Assembly (NCBI GenBank): GCA_043803945.1
Contig: JAZDJN010000013.1
Span: forward strand, 1-59,784
Direction of reading: 5' to 3'
Length of the DNA: 59,784 bases
Source: a bacterium
GTDB taxonomy: Bacteria > Bacteroidota > Ignavibacteria > UBA10030
Shown piece by piece: positions 29,849 to 40,951 of the stretch (positions are counted from its first letter, which is position 1; the number at the start of each line of letters is the position of its first letter). A program made the translations under genes and the position numbers. The notes beneath the pieces were generated by a model. The model saw nothing but the letters and a program-made list of their open reading frames with translations, did no database searches and was not told where the DNA came from.

Positions 29849-31828
29849 TTATTGCAATAATATCATCTTCTTTGTTTGAATATAATCTTCTGTTTTCAGT
29901 TGATAAAAATATATTCCACTTGGGAGATTGCCCGCATAAAAAGTAACTTCATAATTGCCAGAAGCCTTTTTTTCATTTACCAGAGTTACGATTTCTCTGC
30001 CACGTAGGTCAAAAACTTTCAATGTAATAAAACTATTTTGAGGAATTGCGTAACGGATTTTTGTACTCGGATTAAAGGGATTGGGATAATTCGCAAAAAG
30101 TGTAAAAGTTTCTGGGATATCACTACTGCTATGCTCAACAACAGTTGTGGTATTATTTATTATTTGAATTAACTCAATACCTTTCCCGGTTCCCAGATTG
30201 CGGCTGTACTGTTTGTCTGTAGGATTGTTCCAGTGCTCGTGTACTCCTAGACTTTGTAAGGGGATGCCATCGTTTTCCGGATCGTAGACCGTGCCCGAAG
30301 GCGGATTGTCGGCCTGGGCTGCTTCGTGGAGATAATTGTCAGGTGTACCTGCGGGCACGACTCCAGCAGACTGTAAAAAGTCCAACAGGACAGACTCGAT
30401 GGCGACTATATCCTGGCTCATGAACAAGCTAGAGGCGGGCCGGCCTTTGAAGGGTGGAGCCGACCAGTACTTAGGGCGAATGCATTCACCTATAAACAAA
30501 AGAGTCTTTCCCCCCAGGTCTTTATGGCCCATGAGATCAACCAGGGCATTGTAAGAGCCCATGGGGCGCATGGGAATATCAGCGGCAAAATTGAGAGAGG
30601 CTACCGCTTTGTGCATATAGAAAGGACACCAGCCATGGTAGTAATAGGCATTCCCCGGGGGAGGATTGGGATGCCAGACCGAGCCGAAGAAGTTCTTAGC
30701 GCAGAGTGTGACACCTGCCAGTTCATGAGGGCGCGACAGGGCTATATTGATTAGATACTTGGCCTTTGAAACAACCGTGGGTAGGCAGACTGTGCCACTG
30801 CCCGGAACAAGTTTCGGATCGCCATAATAGACAACACAGTTGGTATCGGGCACAACCTTTTCCCGAGTACCAGGATCGCTACCGGGACCTTTTTCATAAC
30901 CATGTCCATCAACGCGATCTGTGGCATCACCTTCAGCCCAGCGCACGCCGGGAAAATCTGTATGATTGTATTTGTAAACCGGATCGCCGTGATAAAAGTT
31001 GCAGTCATATATGATTATATCCTCTTCAGGTACGCCGGCATTGTTTACTAACTGCCCAATCAGAGCATGAAGCATTTGCGGACAGGGCCGGCCATCCTGG
31101 CTGTCGGTCCATTGGTAGAAACGGGAGAAGATGTTGTTGACCTTAATGGCGATCTTGTCACCAGCCTTGTAGCCGACATTGTTTTGGTTGTAACGCGTTT
31201 TGTTGAAATACTTGAAGAGAGAATCCCAGGACTTAACCGGATCATCAATACCAGTGAGGTTGAGTAGCGCCTGATTCATCATCCGTTGGGCTTCTTTCGG
31301 ATCGGTGCGTTTATCTTCCCACCACCAGCCACTTTTGCTGCCTTGATCACTGAGCAGACTGTCGTATACCCACACGACGCGTCCGGGATTAATCCCTTTA
31401 GCAACACCCATAGGATTGTTAGCAAAATCGGTGGGGACAAAGGTTCCAGCTGACGCAGCAACACCAGGTGTATCACTCAAGGTAAGAAAGCTAAGCAGAA
31501 CCGCCGTTGCAAAACAGATCACCCCCACCACATACTGGTGTCTTTGAAACAGGCTCCGGGCTCGTTGAATAATCAAGGAAGAACCGACGAGTCCCAACAA
31601 CCAGACGATAAAGCCGGCGGCTAGCGGTTGAGCAACCTTTTGGCAGGGATATGTCGCACGGCTGGGTTTGGGTACAACCCGGATGAGAATCCAAATAACA
31701 GAGGCCAGACCAAGCACAATCCAAAGCCATAAAGCTTTTCTTGCTCCTAATTTAAGTCCGGTTATTTTACCAGTTCGGGGGCACACAGTGAACTGTTTCA
31801 TTACCAGTTGTCTGATTTTGGAAAACAT
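29849..31828 (-). CDS. DUF362-domain protein with N-terminal membrane helices and T9SS CTD
   Basis: IRVVPKPSRATYPCQ, PMGVAKGINPGRVVWV, KIAIKVN, GVTLCAKNFFG, NYLHEAA..YDPENDG..LGVHEHWNN, CTD ANYPNPFNPSTKI. Confidence 0.8.
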   Translation of the reverse strand: MFSKIRQLVMKQFTVCPRTGKITGLKLGARKALWLWIVLGLASVIWILIRVVPKPSRATYPCQKVAQPLAAGFIVWLLGLVGSSLIIQRARSLFQRHQYVVGVICFATAVLLSFLTLSDTPGVAASAGTFVPTDFANNPMGVAKGINPGRVVWVYDSLLSDQGSKSGWWWEDKRTDPKEAQRMMNQALLNLTGIDDPVKSWDSLFKYFNKTRYNQNNVGYKAGDKIAIKVNNIFSRFYQWTDSQDGRPCPQMLHALIGQLVNNAGVPEEDIIIYDCNFYHGDPVYKYNHTDFPGVRWAEGDATDRVDGHGYEKGPGSDPGTREKVVPDTNCVVYYGDPKLVPGSGTVCLPTVVSKAKYLINIALSRPHELAGVTLCAKNFFGSVWHPNPPPGNAYYYHGWCPFYMHKAVASLNFAADIPMRPMGSYNALVDLMGHKDLGGKTLLFIGECIRPKYWSAPPFKGRPASSLFMSQDIVAIESVLLDFLQSAGVVPAGTPDNYLHEAAQADNPPSGTVYDPENDGIPLQSLGVHEHWNNPTDKQYSRNLGTGKGIELIQIINNTTTVVEHSSSDIPETFTLFANYPNPFNPSTKIRYAIPQNSFITLKVFDLRGREIVTLVNEKKASGNYEVTFYAGNLPSGIYFYQLKTEDYIQTKKMILLQ

Positions 31829-31879
31829 GGTTTACTCCACTTGTTTAGACAATAATATTTTCTGTTAGATTTCAAGGTA

Positions 31880-32151
31880 ACGTCTCTGGTATAACACGGT
31901 TCCTGATATGTGGCATTTTCCATGAGAGTTCCTGCAGAGCTTGTTTTCCTCCAGTATCATAAACTCTCTGAACCGGTAGAAGCTATCTCGGGAATATTCA
32001 AAGATTTTACTCGCTGTGATACATTTGAAGCGCTTTGGCAAGATTTAATAGTCCCATTTTGTTCTTGATGATCTTTTGATTCTGTGTCATCTGACTCCTC
32101 CTATTGTACCTAAGATAAGGATGTGTCAGATGATATTCTAACTAATTCACA
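31880..32151 (-). pseudogene. IS481-family transposase 5' remnant with terminal repeat
   Basis: ATG 32090 after GAGGAG: MTQNQKIIKNKMGLLNLAKAL..YSRDSFYRF..GG..ALQELS..RNRV with frameshifts. TGT-ended terminus TGTCAGATGATATTCTAACTAATTCACA at 32124-32151. Confidence 0.75.
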
Positions 32152-32384
32152 TCCTTATAATCTCCATCTTCTCTGACTGACTATTTCTCATTGTTCCTCA
32201 GAGTCGGATTCGAAACCATTCAAACTTTTTTAAGTACCCGATTCTTCAGTGGCAATTCTGCTTTCCCCGTTTCTCCTCGCAATCCTTTCTATACTATTCT
32301 GATCTTTTCTTCACTCCTATATTTCTTTCTGGTCTTCTGACGTATTTCCCGAATGATACTTTCAGAACTCGTCTGCTCTGGCAT
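32152..32384 (-). pseudogene. IS3-family orfA/orfB remnant, internally deleted and cut by the IS481
   Basis: MPEQTSSESIIREIRQKTRKKYRSEEKIRIV*KGLRGE..AEL, then LKNRVLKK and MRNSQSEKMEIIR. Confidence 0.7.
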
Positions 32385-32447
32385 GGCTTTTCTCCTTCTC
32401 TAAAAGATGTTATTAATATACTCATTTCATCTCTTGTATGCTTTTAT

Positions 32448-32810
32448 ACTAAATTGAAATTTCTTCCTCCTGAACTTTCTCTTGATGATGAACCGAAAGA
32501 ACTCTTCACCCATAAGGCATAAGTTGCTTTTGCACTTCGGCACATCAACATCTGTACGGTTCCTGACATCGATGAGACTGATGACAAACAGCTCTTCATC
32601 ATGATGAATTGCAAGCGAGGCGAATCCTTAAAATTGCGGATTGCGAAAGGAGAACAGCGAATTGAAGAAGCAATCGATGCCGCCATCCAGATCAGTCAGA
32701 GAGTACAGAAGGCGCACGAGAAAGGTGTCGTGCATCGTAATATTAAGCCAGCGAATATTCTGATCACAACCGATGGTGTTGTGAAAATAGTGCCATTTGT
32801 CGCCGATTAA
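32448..32810 (+). pseudogene. Hanks-type Ser/Thr protein kinase fragment
   Basis: LKFLPPELS..HINICTV.DIDETDDKQLFI..HEKGVVHRNIKPANILITTDGVVKI. Internal stop, catalytic HRD changed to HRN, no DFG. Confidence 0.8.
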
Positions 32811-32893
32811 AGTAGAAATTCTATGTTACAATTTGGTAACGGCGAGAGAAAAATCTTAGGAATTGCCTTATAAATCGAGGTTGGTCACCCTTT

Positions 32894-32947
32894 CCTGAAG
32901 CTAGCGCGCCTGCCTGCCGGCAGGTCTGCCAATTCCGCCATCCGGGC
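32894..32947 (-). tRNA. Second 5' half of tRNA-Leu(CAG), with a 16-bp version of the insert
   Basis: Minus strand GCCCGGATGGCGGAATTGGCAGA[CCTGCCGGCAGGCAGG]CGCGCTAGCTTCAGG, then unrelated sequence. Confidence 0.9.
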
Positions 32948-33051
32948 AGAAGAAAAAAATTAGCCGCCCAAACGCCAAGCATACGAAAACATATCAACTT
33001 GGTAACAACAAGTATTCGTTAGTATATGCTTGTATCAGATGCTGCCATAAA

Positions 33052-33080
33052 AATGTAAGGCGAAAATTGAAGAGAAGCAA
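33052..33080 (-). promoter_or_regulatory. sigma70-type promoter upstream of the second tRNA half
   Basis: TTGCTT-N17-TACATT with a spacer similar to the copy at 162-190. Confidence 0.7.
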
Positions 33081-33462
33081 TTCCATTTGTTAGAAGTAAG
33101 CCAGTATCGTGACCTCTCTCTGCGATGAAATAGTACAGAAGCAACGAAACTCTCACCTCGCCTCTTTTCGCGCTGTAGCGTCAGCAGTGAATTTCGCTGT
33201 CACAATCTCGTGCCAGCGTCCTGATGTATCGCAAACCCACTGATTTGAATACAGCCCTTTCCTCGTGAGATGCCCGCTCTCCGTCCAGAAGTTTTCCAAA
33301 TTTGATGGATGAATCCTCATTCGAAATTCCCCTGATGATATTTTGGAAATCGCGAGTCCGTGTCTGACCTCCTGCATAAATAGAATTGAGATCCTCGTTC
33401 GGTTGATTGGTGTTGGTATTCCGATCTCGCGGCTCAATCGAACAATGGTCCCGGCAAGTGCT

Positions 33463-36400
33463 TCAATTTCTAATGGTTTTCGTTTGTCTCAACTTTTCAG
33501 CGACAGATTTTAGCACCGTGGAATATTCGACGTATAATTCTTTCAATCGAAGGAGCGTTGCCTGAAGTTCTGCTGATCCCAGCATTGGAATTTGGGTTTC
33601 AACGTTATTCCATTGTGCAGCGAAGTCCTTCAAGCCAAAGTTGAGCGAACTTCCTTTGAGCGTGTGGGCAGCATAATGCAATTGATGGGCATTTTGGGAC
33701 TCATTCGCCCGCAGGGCTGTCTCAATAAGTCGTTCAGCCGATTGCATGTAATCGCCGATCAGCTCTGCTGCAAAATGAGGTTCATTTTCAAGATCCATTT
33801 CTTTAAACCGTTCCAGGAGTGAACGTTCTATGGGGCTCACACCATGGGAGGGTGATGTCAGACTTGATTCCGGCTGAGGCATCCGCGGTACCCATCGTTC
33901 AATGGCAGTTTCAATATCCTCGACGTGCATAGGTTTGCTGATATAATCATCCATCCCGGCTTCGAGGCATTTTTCCCGATCGCCGGAAAGTGCATCGGCA
34001 GTGAGCGCAACGATTTTCGGCCGCTGCCCGGTTTTCCATGTCTGAACGATTCTGCGCGTTGCCTCAAGTCCATCCATTTCGGGCATGTGCACATCCATAA
34101 AAATGATATCGTAAGACTTGCGATGCAAGGCATCCAATACTTCTTTCCCTGTTGAAACGACATCGGCACTATAACCGAGCTGACGGAGAATTCTCGTGAG
34201 GAGTTTCTGATTAACAAGATTATCCTCGGCAATGAGAATGTTCAGTTCTCGAACAATCGGGGGAAGGAGTTCAGATCTTTCCAGAGGCGACCGTTTTAAA
34301 TCATGCTTCTTATGCGTTAATGTTTCCACAATAATATTGAAGAGCTGCGATTGTTTGAGCGGCTTTGAAATCTGTGCAACGAAGAGATCCTTATCGACAT
34401 CTCGAGCACGAGAACCGGGTCCCATGGATGTAAATAAAACAATGGGCAGTGATTCGGGGGCGCGAAGATTCCGGATTGCTCTGGCGAGCTGTATCCCATC
34501 CATCGCGGGCATCTGCATATCGAGAATGGCAAGGTCGAAAGGGTCACCTTTCTCGATCCACTCGAGTGTTTCGGCCGGGGAGTCTGTCGTCCGAGGTATA
34601 AGCTTCCAGATCTGGCAAAGTTCTTTGAGGAGGTGGAGGTTTGATTTATTATCGTCGACAATAAGAATCCTCTTTCCGGCAATTTCCGGTTCACGGCTGC
34701 GAAGATATACCTTCGGGACACTCAACGCCGAGGATGAGATTGACACCCGCATCGTAAACTGGAAGATCGAGCCCTTGCCCTCCTGACTCTCCGCCCAGAT
34801 TTTGCCTTTCATAAGATCGACCAGACTTGAACAAATCGCTAATCCCAATCCTGTCCCGCCATACTTCCGTGTTGTAGAGGAATCGGCTTGTGTGAATGGT
34901 TTGAAAAGGCGTTCAAGCTTTTCAGCAGAGATTCCGATGCCGGTATCTTTCACGGCAACGAGCAGTTCCAGGGAGTTATCAATTCTCCACTTCAGATTGA
35001 TTGAAACATAGACTTCGCCCTTCTCTGTAAATTTTAATGCATTGCCAACAAGATTATACAACACCTGACGTATTCGATGGTTGTCGCCGACCATGGCAAT
35101 CGGGATTTGAGGATCAACCCAGTAGAGAAGATCAATATTCTTTTTAAGAGCACGGGGAGCGAGCAAATCAAACACCTCTTCGATACAGGCGCGTAGTTCG
35201 AAAGGCGATTCTTCCAACTCAATATTCCCTGATTCAATTTTCGAAAAGTCCAGGATATCATTAATCACCGCCAACAACGTCTCGCCGCTCGTCCGGATTG
35301 TGTCAACATAATCCGTTTGGTCTGGAGTGAGTGCGGTTTGTGCAAGCAGGTCGGCCATGCCAATGACACCATTCATCGGAGTTCGGATTTCATGACTCAT
35401 GACGGCAAGGAATTCCGATTTTGCTTTGGTAGCCGCTTCTGCAGCGTCTTTTGCCGCCTGCAGTTCTCGTTCAGCTTCCTTCCGTTCGGTGATATCGCGG
35501 AAGATGCTGAGCACCATTGGAGGTTTCCCGGGCAGATCGAGCACGGAATTTGTGAGCTCGAAATACTTCTTTTTCCCATTCCATAAAATAATTTCGCGTT
35601 CAAAATGAGCCGTCAATGATTTCGTCTCAAGGCGCTCAAGGTACTTGGACATCATATTGGGCTGATCAGATGGGCGGTATGCAGTGGTAAAGGGATATCC
35701 CTCCATCTCGTTCCTGGATTTTTCCATTAACTGGCAATAGGAATCGTTGACGAGCACGACAGTTCCCTGATCGTCCGTGAGGCGCATGCCATCCAGTGCA
35801 CTTTGCCAGACGAGGCGAAATTGAATCTCCGACCGGCTCAGGGCTTCCTCGATCTGTTTCCTTCGTGTGATATCGGTGGAGATGCCGCAGATGGCGTAAA
35901 TGTTGCGGTGAATATCGCGAAGAGGAAAGCGAACAGCGACATAGGTCCGGGGCCCATCGTCTCCTTCAATCGTCTCTTCCGTCGTAAGAGGCAGCCCACT
36001 GGAGATAACAGTACGATCATAGGAGAGAAGTTTGTCGGCTAACTCTTTTGGAAATAAATCGTGCACACTCTTCCCGATCACGTCTTCGGGCTTTCGATGA
36101 AACCTTTTTTCAAATTGCTGGTTAACCAGGAGGTAACGGCTATGGGTATCGCGTAAAAAGACAAGCGCTGTTGTATTATCGAGAATGGATTGGAGACGCT
36201 GCTCGCTGACCTGTAACGCTTCCAGCGCCTGTTTTCGTTCTGTGATGTCACGAAACGCACTTAAAAACATCTTCCGCTCATTTAACTGAAGCAGAGTCGT
36301 CGTTACCAGTAATGTTTTGTGAATTCCGGATTTAGTGTGAATGGTTGTCTCAACATCCGGGAGGAATCCTTTCTCAAGCAATACCTTCAAACCATCCAGT

Positions 36401-37440
36401 GCCCGTTGCCGTTCATCGGGATCGGGGTAGAGAACCTTTGAGAAATCTCCGAACTGCTTCACTTCTTTAAAAGTATACCCGGTGATCTTCTCCATGGCCG
36501 AGTTAAAGACCGAGAAGTTTCCCTGTTCATCACTGAGCGTGATTCCCTCATTGACCGTCTCGATGATTGTTTGAAGCCGTTTCTCGCTTTCGCGAATATC
36601 GGACTCAATTATCTTTCGTTCACTGACATCACGGCCAACGGCATAAATGATCTGTTCCTTCACGTAGGGCGTTGCGTTCCACTTGATCGATCGGTGCGAT
36701 CCATCCTTGCAGAGAAATCGTGTCTCGAATGAAAATACTTCATCACCCCTGGCTGCTCGCTCAAATTGCTGCCGTGTCGCATCGCGGTCATCGGGGTGGA
36801 CAAAATTCAGAAAAGGTTCACCGAGAAGGTCGGTCCGGGAAAATCCAAGAACACGCGGCCAGGCAGGATTCAACAGTTTGAAATAGCCATCGAACCCGGT
36901 GATGCAGAGGAGATCGATCGAAATTGTAAAGAACCGGTCAAGCTCCTCCACGGCTTTTTTCTGTTTGGTGATGTCGCGGGCGACTGCCTGGAATCCCTGG
37001 GGAATGTGGTCTTCGATAATTAACTGAACATTTTGACCGAGCCAGAGAATCTCGCCGCCTGCTGTCCGGATTGGAAATTCATTATAGGTATTGCTAATCC
37101 GGTTAAGGCCCTGGTTCCTGTAAAACCGTTCAACTTGAATGCGGTATTCAGGGAGGATAAAATCGAGGTAACGCTTTCCGGTCACTTCTTTTTGAGAATA
37201 TCCAACGATCTTCAATGTATTAGGATTCGCATAGGTAAAATGGCCTGTCAGATCCGTGCGGTAAATGATGTCTGTTGCAGTCTCGACAAGCTGCCGGTAG
37301 CGGTGCTTACTCTCCTGAAGAGCTTTCTGTGTTGCCTTGAGAACTTTCGGATCCTCTCGCTGTTCAACCGGAGCCTTTTTCGGTTTTGATCGACCAGAAG
37401 GATTCGTTGGTTTTGCCTTGCCCATGTACCGCCTTTTCAT
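33463..37440 (-). CDS. Cytoplasmic hybrid histidine kinase: 5 PAS/PAC, HisKA, HATPase, 2 REC, HPt
   Basis: Repeated RDITERK PAC ends, [30 protein letters not shown] and DVHMP receivers, AHTLKGSS HPt. True start may be 37425. Confidence 0.93.
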   Translation of the reverse strand: MKRRYMGKAKPTNPSGRSKPKKAPVEQREDPKVLKATQKALQESKHRYRQLVETATDIIYRTDLTGHFTYANPNTLKIVGYSQKEVTGKRYLDFILPEYRIQVERFYRNQGLNRISNTYNEFPIRTAGGEILWLGQNVQLIIEDHIPQGFQAVARDITKQKKAVEELDRFFTISIDLLCITGFDGYFKLLNPAWPRVLGFSRTDLLGEPFLNFVHPDDRDATRQQFERAARGDEVFSFETRFLCKDGSHRSIKWNATPYVKEQIIYAVGRDVSERKIIESDIRESEKRLQTIIETVNEGITLSDEQGNFSVFNSAMEKITGYTFKEVKQFGDFSKVLYPDPDERQRALDGLKVLLEKGFLPDVETTIHTKSGIHKTLLVTTTLLQLNERKMFLSAFRDITERKQALEALQVSEQRLQSILDNTTALVFLRDTHSRYLLVNQQFEKRFHRKPEDVIGKSVHDLFPKELADKLLSYDRTVISSGLPLTTEETIEGDDGPRTYVAVRFPLRDIHRNIYAICGISTDITRRKQIEEALSRSEIQFRLVWQSALDGMRLTDDQGTVVLVNDSYCQLMEKSRNEMEGYPFTTAYRPSDQPNMMSKYLERLETKSLTAHFEREIILWNGKKKYFELTNSVLDLPGKPPMVLSIFRDITERKEAERELQAAKDAAEAATKAKSEFLAVMSHEIRTPMNGVIGMADLLAQTALTPDQTDYVDTIRTSGETLLAVINDILDFSKIESGNIELEESPFELRACIEEVFDLLAPRALKKNIDLLYWVDPQIPIAMVGDNHRIRQVLYNLVGNALKFTEKGEVYVSINLKWRIDNSLELLVAVKDTGIGISAEKLERLFKPFTQADSSTTRKYGGTGLGLAICSSLVDLMKGKIWAESQEGKGSIFQFTMRVSISSSALSVPKVYLRSREPEIAGKRILIVDDNKSNLHLLKELCQIWKLIPRTTDSPAETLEWIEKGDPFDLAILDMQMPAMDGIQLARAIRNLRAPESLPIVLFTSMGPGSRARDVDKDLFVAQISKPLKQSQLFNIIVETLTHKKHDLKRSPLERSELLPPIVRELNILIAEDNLVNQKLLTRILRQLGYSADVVSTGKEVLDALHRKSYDIIFMDVHMPEMDGLEATRRIVQTWKTGQRPKIVALTADALSGDREKCLEAGMDDYISKPMHVEDIETAIERWVPRMPQPESSLTSPSHGVSPIERSLLERFKEMDLENEPHFAAELIGDYMQSAERLIETALRANESQNAHQLHYAAHTLKGSSLNFGLKDFAAQWNNVETQIPMLGSAELQATLLRLKELYVEYSTVLKSVAEKLRQTKTIRN

Positions 37441-37469
37441 CGTACAAACACATTCGTTGGATTACGGAT

Positions 37470-39143
37470 TTACTTCATCATAGGGATTTTAACATCCCAT
37501 TTCTTTGCATTCTCTCTCGCACGCTTATAACCCGCATCGGTATGGCGAAGAATACCCATCCCGGGGTCATAAGTCAGCACACGCTCGAGACGCGCTTCTG
37601 CCTCCTTCGTTCCATCACAGACAATCACCATTCCGGCATGAATCGAATTGCCGATGCCGACGCCGCCGCCATGATGCACACTCACCCAGCTTGCTCCGCC
37701 GATGGCGTTCAGGAGCGCATTAAGAATCGGCCAATCAGCAATAGCATCGCTGCCGTCGAGCATTTTCTCTGTCTCCCGGTTTGGGGATGCGACGCTGCCG
37801 CAATCCAGGTGATCGCGTCCAATGACGATGGGAGCGCTCACCTCACCAGATGCCACGAGATCATTGAAGATCTTTCCCATTGTTGCGCGTTCACCGTACC
37901 CGAGCCAGCAAATACGTGCAGGGAGGCCTTGAAATGCCACCTGTTTCTGCGCCTTGTCAATCCAGTTGCAGAGTTGTGTGTTCTCTGGAAATGTTTCGAT
38001 GATGGCGCGGTCCGTCCGGTAAATATCTTCCGGGTTTCCAGAAAGAGCCACCCATCGAAATGGGCCTTTGCCGTCGCAGAACAGCGGCCGGATATATTCT
38101 GGTACGAATCCCGGGATATCGAACGCTTTCTTCACGCCATAGGCAAGTGCCTCGCCGCGGATATTGTTGCCGTAATCAAAAACCACCGAACCGCGCTTTT
38201 GAAGCTTGAGCAATCCCCGTACATGCTCCCCAATGGAAGCCCTCGAGAGCTCGATGTATTTTTTGGGATTCTGTTTCCGGAGATCGAGTGCCCTGTGGAA
38301 GGTCATACCGGCAGGTACGTACCCGTTGAGTGTATCGTGTGCTGATGTTTGGTCGGTGACGATATCGGGGAGGAATTTTCCGGAAGCAATTTTTGGAATG
38401 ATCTCGGCGGCGTTTCCGAGAAGCCCTATGGAGATTGGAAGTTTCTTCTCTTTTGCCGCACGGATCTGGGCGAGGGCATCGCCAAGATCGTCCGTGGTTG
38501 TATCGAGGTAGCTTGTCTTCAGGCGTTTTTGGATACGCTCCGGATCAACTTCGACGACAAGACATGCTGCACCGTTCATCGTCGCCGCGAGAGGCTGGGC
38601 TCCACCCATGCCGCCCAATCCTGCTGTGAGCAGAAATTTTCCCGCGAGACTTCCGTGGAAATGTTTTACTGCAGCAGCGGCGAGTGTTTCATACGTTCCC
38701 TGAAGAATACCCTGCGAGCCGATATAGATCCAACTGCCTGCGGTCATCTGCCCATACATTGTGAGTCCGAGCCCTTCGAGCCGGCGGAATTCGTCCCATG
38801 TTGCCCAATGCGGTACGAGCATCGAGTTGCTTATAACAACACGCGGAGCATTCAGGTGTGTTTTAAAAATCCCAACAGGTTTGCCCGATTGAACAAGGAG
38901 CGTCTCGTCGTTTTCAAGTTTTTTCAAACTTGTGACAATGGCATCGTAACATTCCCAGTTGCGGGCTGCTTTGCCGGTTCCGCCGTACACGATCAACTCG
39001 TGCGGTTTCTCGGCAACCTCCGGATCCAAATTATTCATGAGCATGCGGAGAGCGGCCTCCTGGAGCCAACCCTTGCATGAAAGTTTTGTTCCCTCTGGTG
39101 CATGGATGATGCGTGTGCTTCGAAGCGTCGGTGATAGTTTCAT
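37470..39143 (-). CDS. hutU: Urocanate hydratase
   Basis: [57 protein letters not shown]. Confidence 0.98.
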   Translation of the reverse strand: MKLSPTLRSTRIIHAPEGTKLSCKGWLQEAALRMLMNNLDPEVAEKPHELIVYGGTGKAARNWECYDAIVTSLKKLENDETLLVQSGKPVGIFKTHLNAPRVVISNSMLVPHWATWDEFRRLEGLGLTMYGQMTAGSWIYIGSQGILQGTYETLAAAAVKHFHGSLAGKFLLTAGLGGMGGAQPLAATMNGAACLVVEVDPERIQKRLKTSYLDTTTDDLGDALAQIRAAKEKKLPISIGLLGNAAEIIPKIASGKFLPDIVTDQTSAHDTLNGYVPAGMTFHRALDLRKQNPKKYIELSRASIGEHVRGLLKLQKRGSVVFDYGNNIRGEALAYGVKKAFDIPGFVPEYIRPLFCDGKGPFRWVALSGNPEDIYRTDRAIIETFPENTQLCNWIDKAQKQVAFQGLPARICWLGYGERATMGKIFNDLVASGEVSAPIVIGRDHLDCGSVASPNRETEKMLDGSDAIADWPILNALLNAIGGASWVSVHHGGGVGIGNSIHAGMVIVCDGTKEAEARLERVLTYDPGMGILRHTDAGYKRARENAKKWDVKIPMMK

Positions 39144-39183
39144 AGAGTCTTGCGCTCGCTGTGTGGTGTTCTCGTTTTAAACC

Positions 39184-39666
39184 TTACTTGGCCTTGTAGG
39201 CGATGGCTGAGATTTCTATCTTCGCATTGCGAACGAGATTGGAAATTTCAACCGTGGCGCGGGTCGGCCGTTTCCCTTGTTCGAAAAATGTTGCATACAC
39301 GGAATTCATCTTTGCAAAGTCACTGATGTCTTTCAGATAGACGGTGCATTGAATCACATCCGATGTTGAATAGCCGCTCTTCTTCACGAGTGCTAGTAGG
39401 TTTTCAAGTGTCTGGCGAGTCTGACTCTCGATGTCTTCCGGCAGTTCCTGTGTTCCCGGTTTAAATCCGAGCTGGCCCGATACAAAGAGGAATCCTCCGG
39501 CTGTAATGGCGGGGGTATAGGGTGCGATGGCCGATCCCTCGTTCAGGTAGACGACCTCCGAATGTTTTGAGATCTCCTCCTGAACCGCTTCGTGCATCAT
39601 ATTTTTGCATAAGCCGCATCCGTTAAGGAACAACGAGAGAGTAAGTAGTAGTATAGTCGTTTTCAT
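39184..39666 (-). CDS. RidA/YjgF-family protein with lipoprotein signal peptide
   Basis: APYTPA..FLFVSGQ, VYLKDISDFAKMNSVY, RPTRATV, KIEISAIA. N-terminus MKTTILLLTLSLFLNG-C. Confidence 0.88.
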   Translation of the reverse strand: MKTTILLLTLSLFLNGCGLCKNMMHEAVQEEISKHSEVVYLNEGSAIAPYTPAITAGGFLFVSGQLGFKPGTQELPEDIESQTRQTLENLLALVKKSGYSTSDVIQCTVYLKDISDFAKMNSVYATFFEQGKRPTRATVEISNLVRNAKIEISAIAYKAK

Positions 39667-39695
39667 CGGTAACTCCTTTATGCAGTTCTCTTGTT

Positions 39696-40178
39696 TTATA
39701 ATTTGTATCCGATCTTGCGTAAAAAGTCTTTTCGCACCTTGATATCGTCCTCTGTTTCGATTCCTTTTGTCTTGATACCATCGATGACTCCAAGAATTCC
39801 CCGGCCCTGATCTGTCTCGGCAATGATAACGTCAACAGGATTTGCAGTGGCACAATAGATCGAGCAGACCTCCGGAACCTGCTTGATTGCATTGAGGACA
39901 TTGACCGGAAATCCGTTTTCCAGGAAGAGAATGAAACAGTGCCCGCAAGAGAGTGCCATAGCGTTTTTTTTTGCAAGTTCGATGAGGTCCTGGTCATTCC
40001 CAGCCCACCGAACAAGTGCGGGGCCGGAGGATTCACAAAATCCCAAGCCGAATTTGATCGTGGAGTTGGTTTGAACGATTGCTTCATACAGATCTTCCAC
40101 GGTCTTGATAAAGTGTGATTGTCCGAGAATGAAGTTGGTCGTCTCTGGTTTTTCTATCGCTACCACCTTGAGTTCCAT
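39696..40178 (-). CDS. DUF355 / adenosine-specific kinase family protein
   Basis: NFILGQSHFIKTVEDLYE, FCESSG, GHCF, FPVNVLNAIKQVPEV..CATANP, GRGILGVIDG. Confidence 0.9.
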   Translation of the reverse strand: MELKVVAIEKPETTNFILGQSHFIKTVEDLYEAIVQTNSTIKFGLGFCESSGPALVRWAGNDQDLIELAKKNAMALSCGHCFILFLENGFPVNVLNAIKQVPEVCSIYCATANPVDVIIAETDQGRGILGVIDGIKTKGIETEDDIKVRKDFLRKIGYKL

Positions 40179-40412
40179 GACCTGTCTCCTCTGAATAGTG
40201 GTGAACCACCAATGGATTGATATGCCTGGTGTTTATAGTACATCACACTAAGCTGCTACCTTTGTTAAGGCAGGCTGCATGTACCTAATCTTACGAGGTT
40301 TCTTGGAAGGAATCAACAGCGCGTTAAATCCTTCAACAAAGGGAAAGAATCAATGGCATGTCCATCTGGATGGAAGTGGTCATTGAACGATCCATCGAAG
40401 AAGATGATCGGG

Positions 40413-40904
40413 TTACTGTCGTTGAGAAAGCCCCATCTGTTCAACGGTGACAAGCCACCGGAGAACTCCCTTTCCTTTCCCTATGGGTCGGGGGATTTCG
40501 ACGCAGGCAAAGCTGCATTTCTTCATCTCAAGATTGGCGTGTATCTGTTCATCGATGAGGAGTGCGATTGTTGAGCTGAGATGAGGTTCGTGGCCGGTAA
40601 CCAGAATGTGTTCCTCTGAACGTTCATTCAATAGGACAAACAACTGTTGCTGATCGCTGCAGGGAACCAGATATTCGGAAGTTAAAATATCGGCCAGATT
40701 GAGGACTTTCCGTACTACGTTTGCCGTTTGCTGAGCCCGCAGCAGGGGGCTGGCTATAATCAGTTGTATCGGGTATCGAGCAAGTTGAATGAACTGTCCA
40801 GCGGTGTTGGCCTGCAAGGTGCCCAGTGCACTCAAAGGGCGTTCGCTGTCATGAAGTTTGGAGTCGGAAATTGGATCGCCGTGGCGTAAGAGGTAAAGGT
40901 GCAT
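40413..40904 (-). CDS. sixA: Phosphohistidine phosphatase SixA
   Basis: LYLLRHG, RPLS..G, SPLLRAQQTA, VTGHEP. Confidence 0.85.
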   Translation of the reverse strand: MHLYLLRHGDPISDSKLHDSERPLSALGTLQANTAGQFIQLARYPIQLIIASPLLRAQQTANVVRKVLNLADILTSEYLVPCSDQQQLFVLLNERSEEHILVTGHEPHLSSTIALLIDEQIHANLEMKKCSFACVEIPRPIGKGKGVLRWLVTVEQMGLSQRQ

Positions 40905-40951
40905 AGTTATTACCGTTAGGCTTGAATATCTGTCAGCCCCGGAAAGGAACC

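Larger units (their letters stand above)
141..32893. mobile_element. Genomic island (pectin-utilisation cargo) between direct tRNA-Leu 5'-half repeats
   Basis: Direct repeats at 83-140 and 32894-32947, AT-richer than the right flank, IS debris at both ends. No integrase seen inside. Confidence 0.7.

Noticed and set aside
33153-33437. 94-aa ORF downstream of the hybrid kinase
   Set aside because: No recognisable motif or RBS; cannot be supported.
37386-39080. Long plus-strand ORFs (319 aa, 243 aa)
   Set aside because: Antisense shadows of the GC-rich hutU gene.
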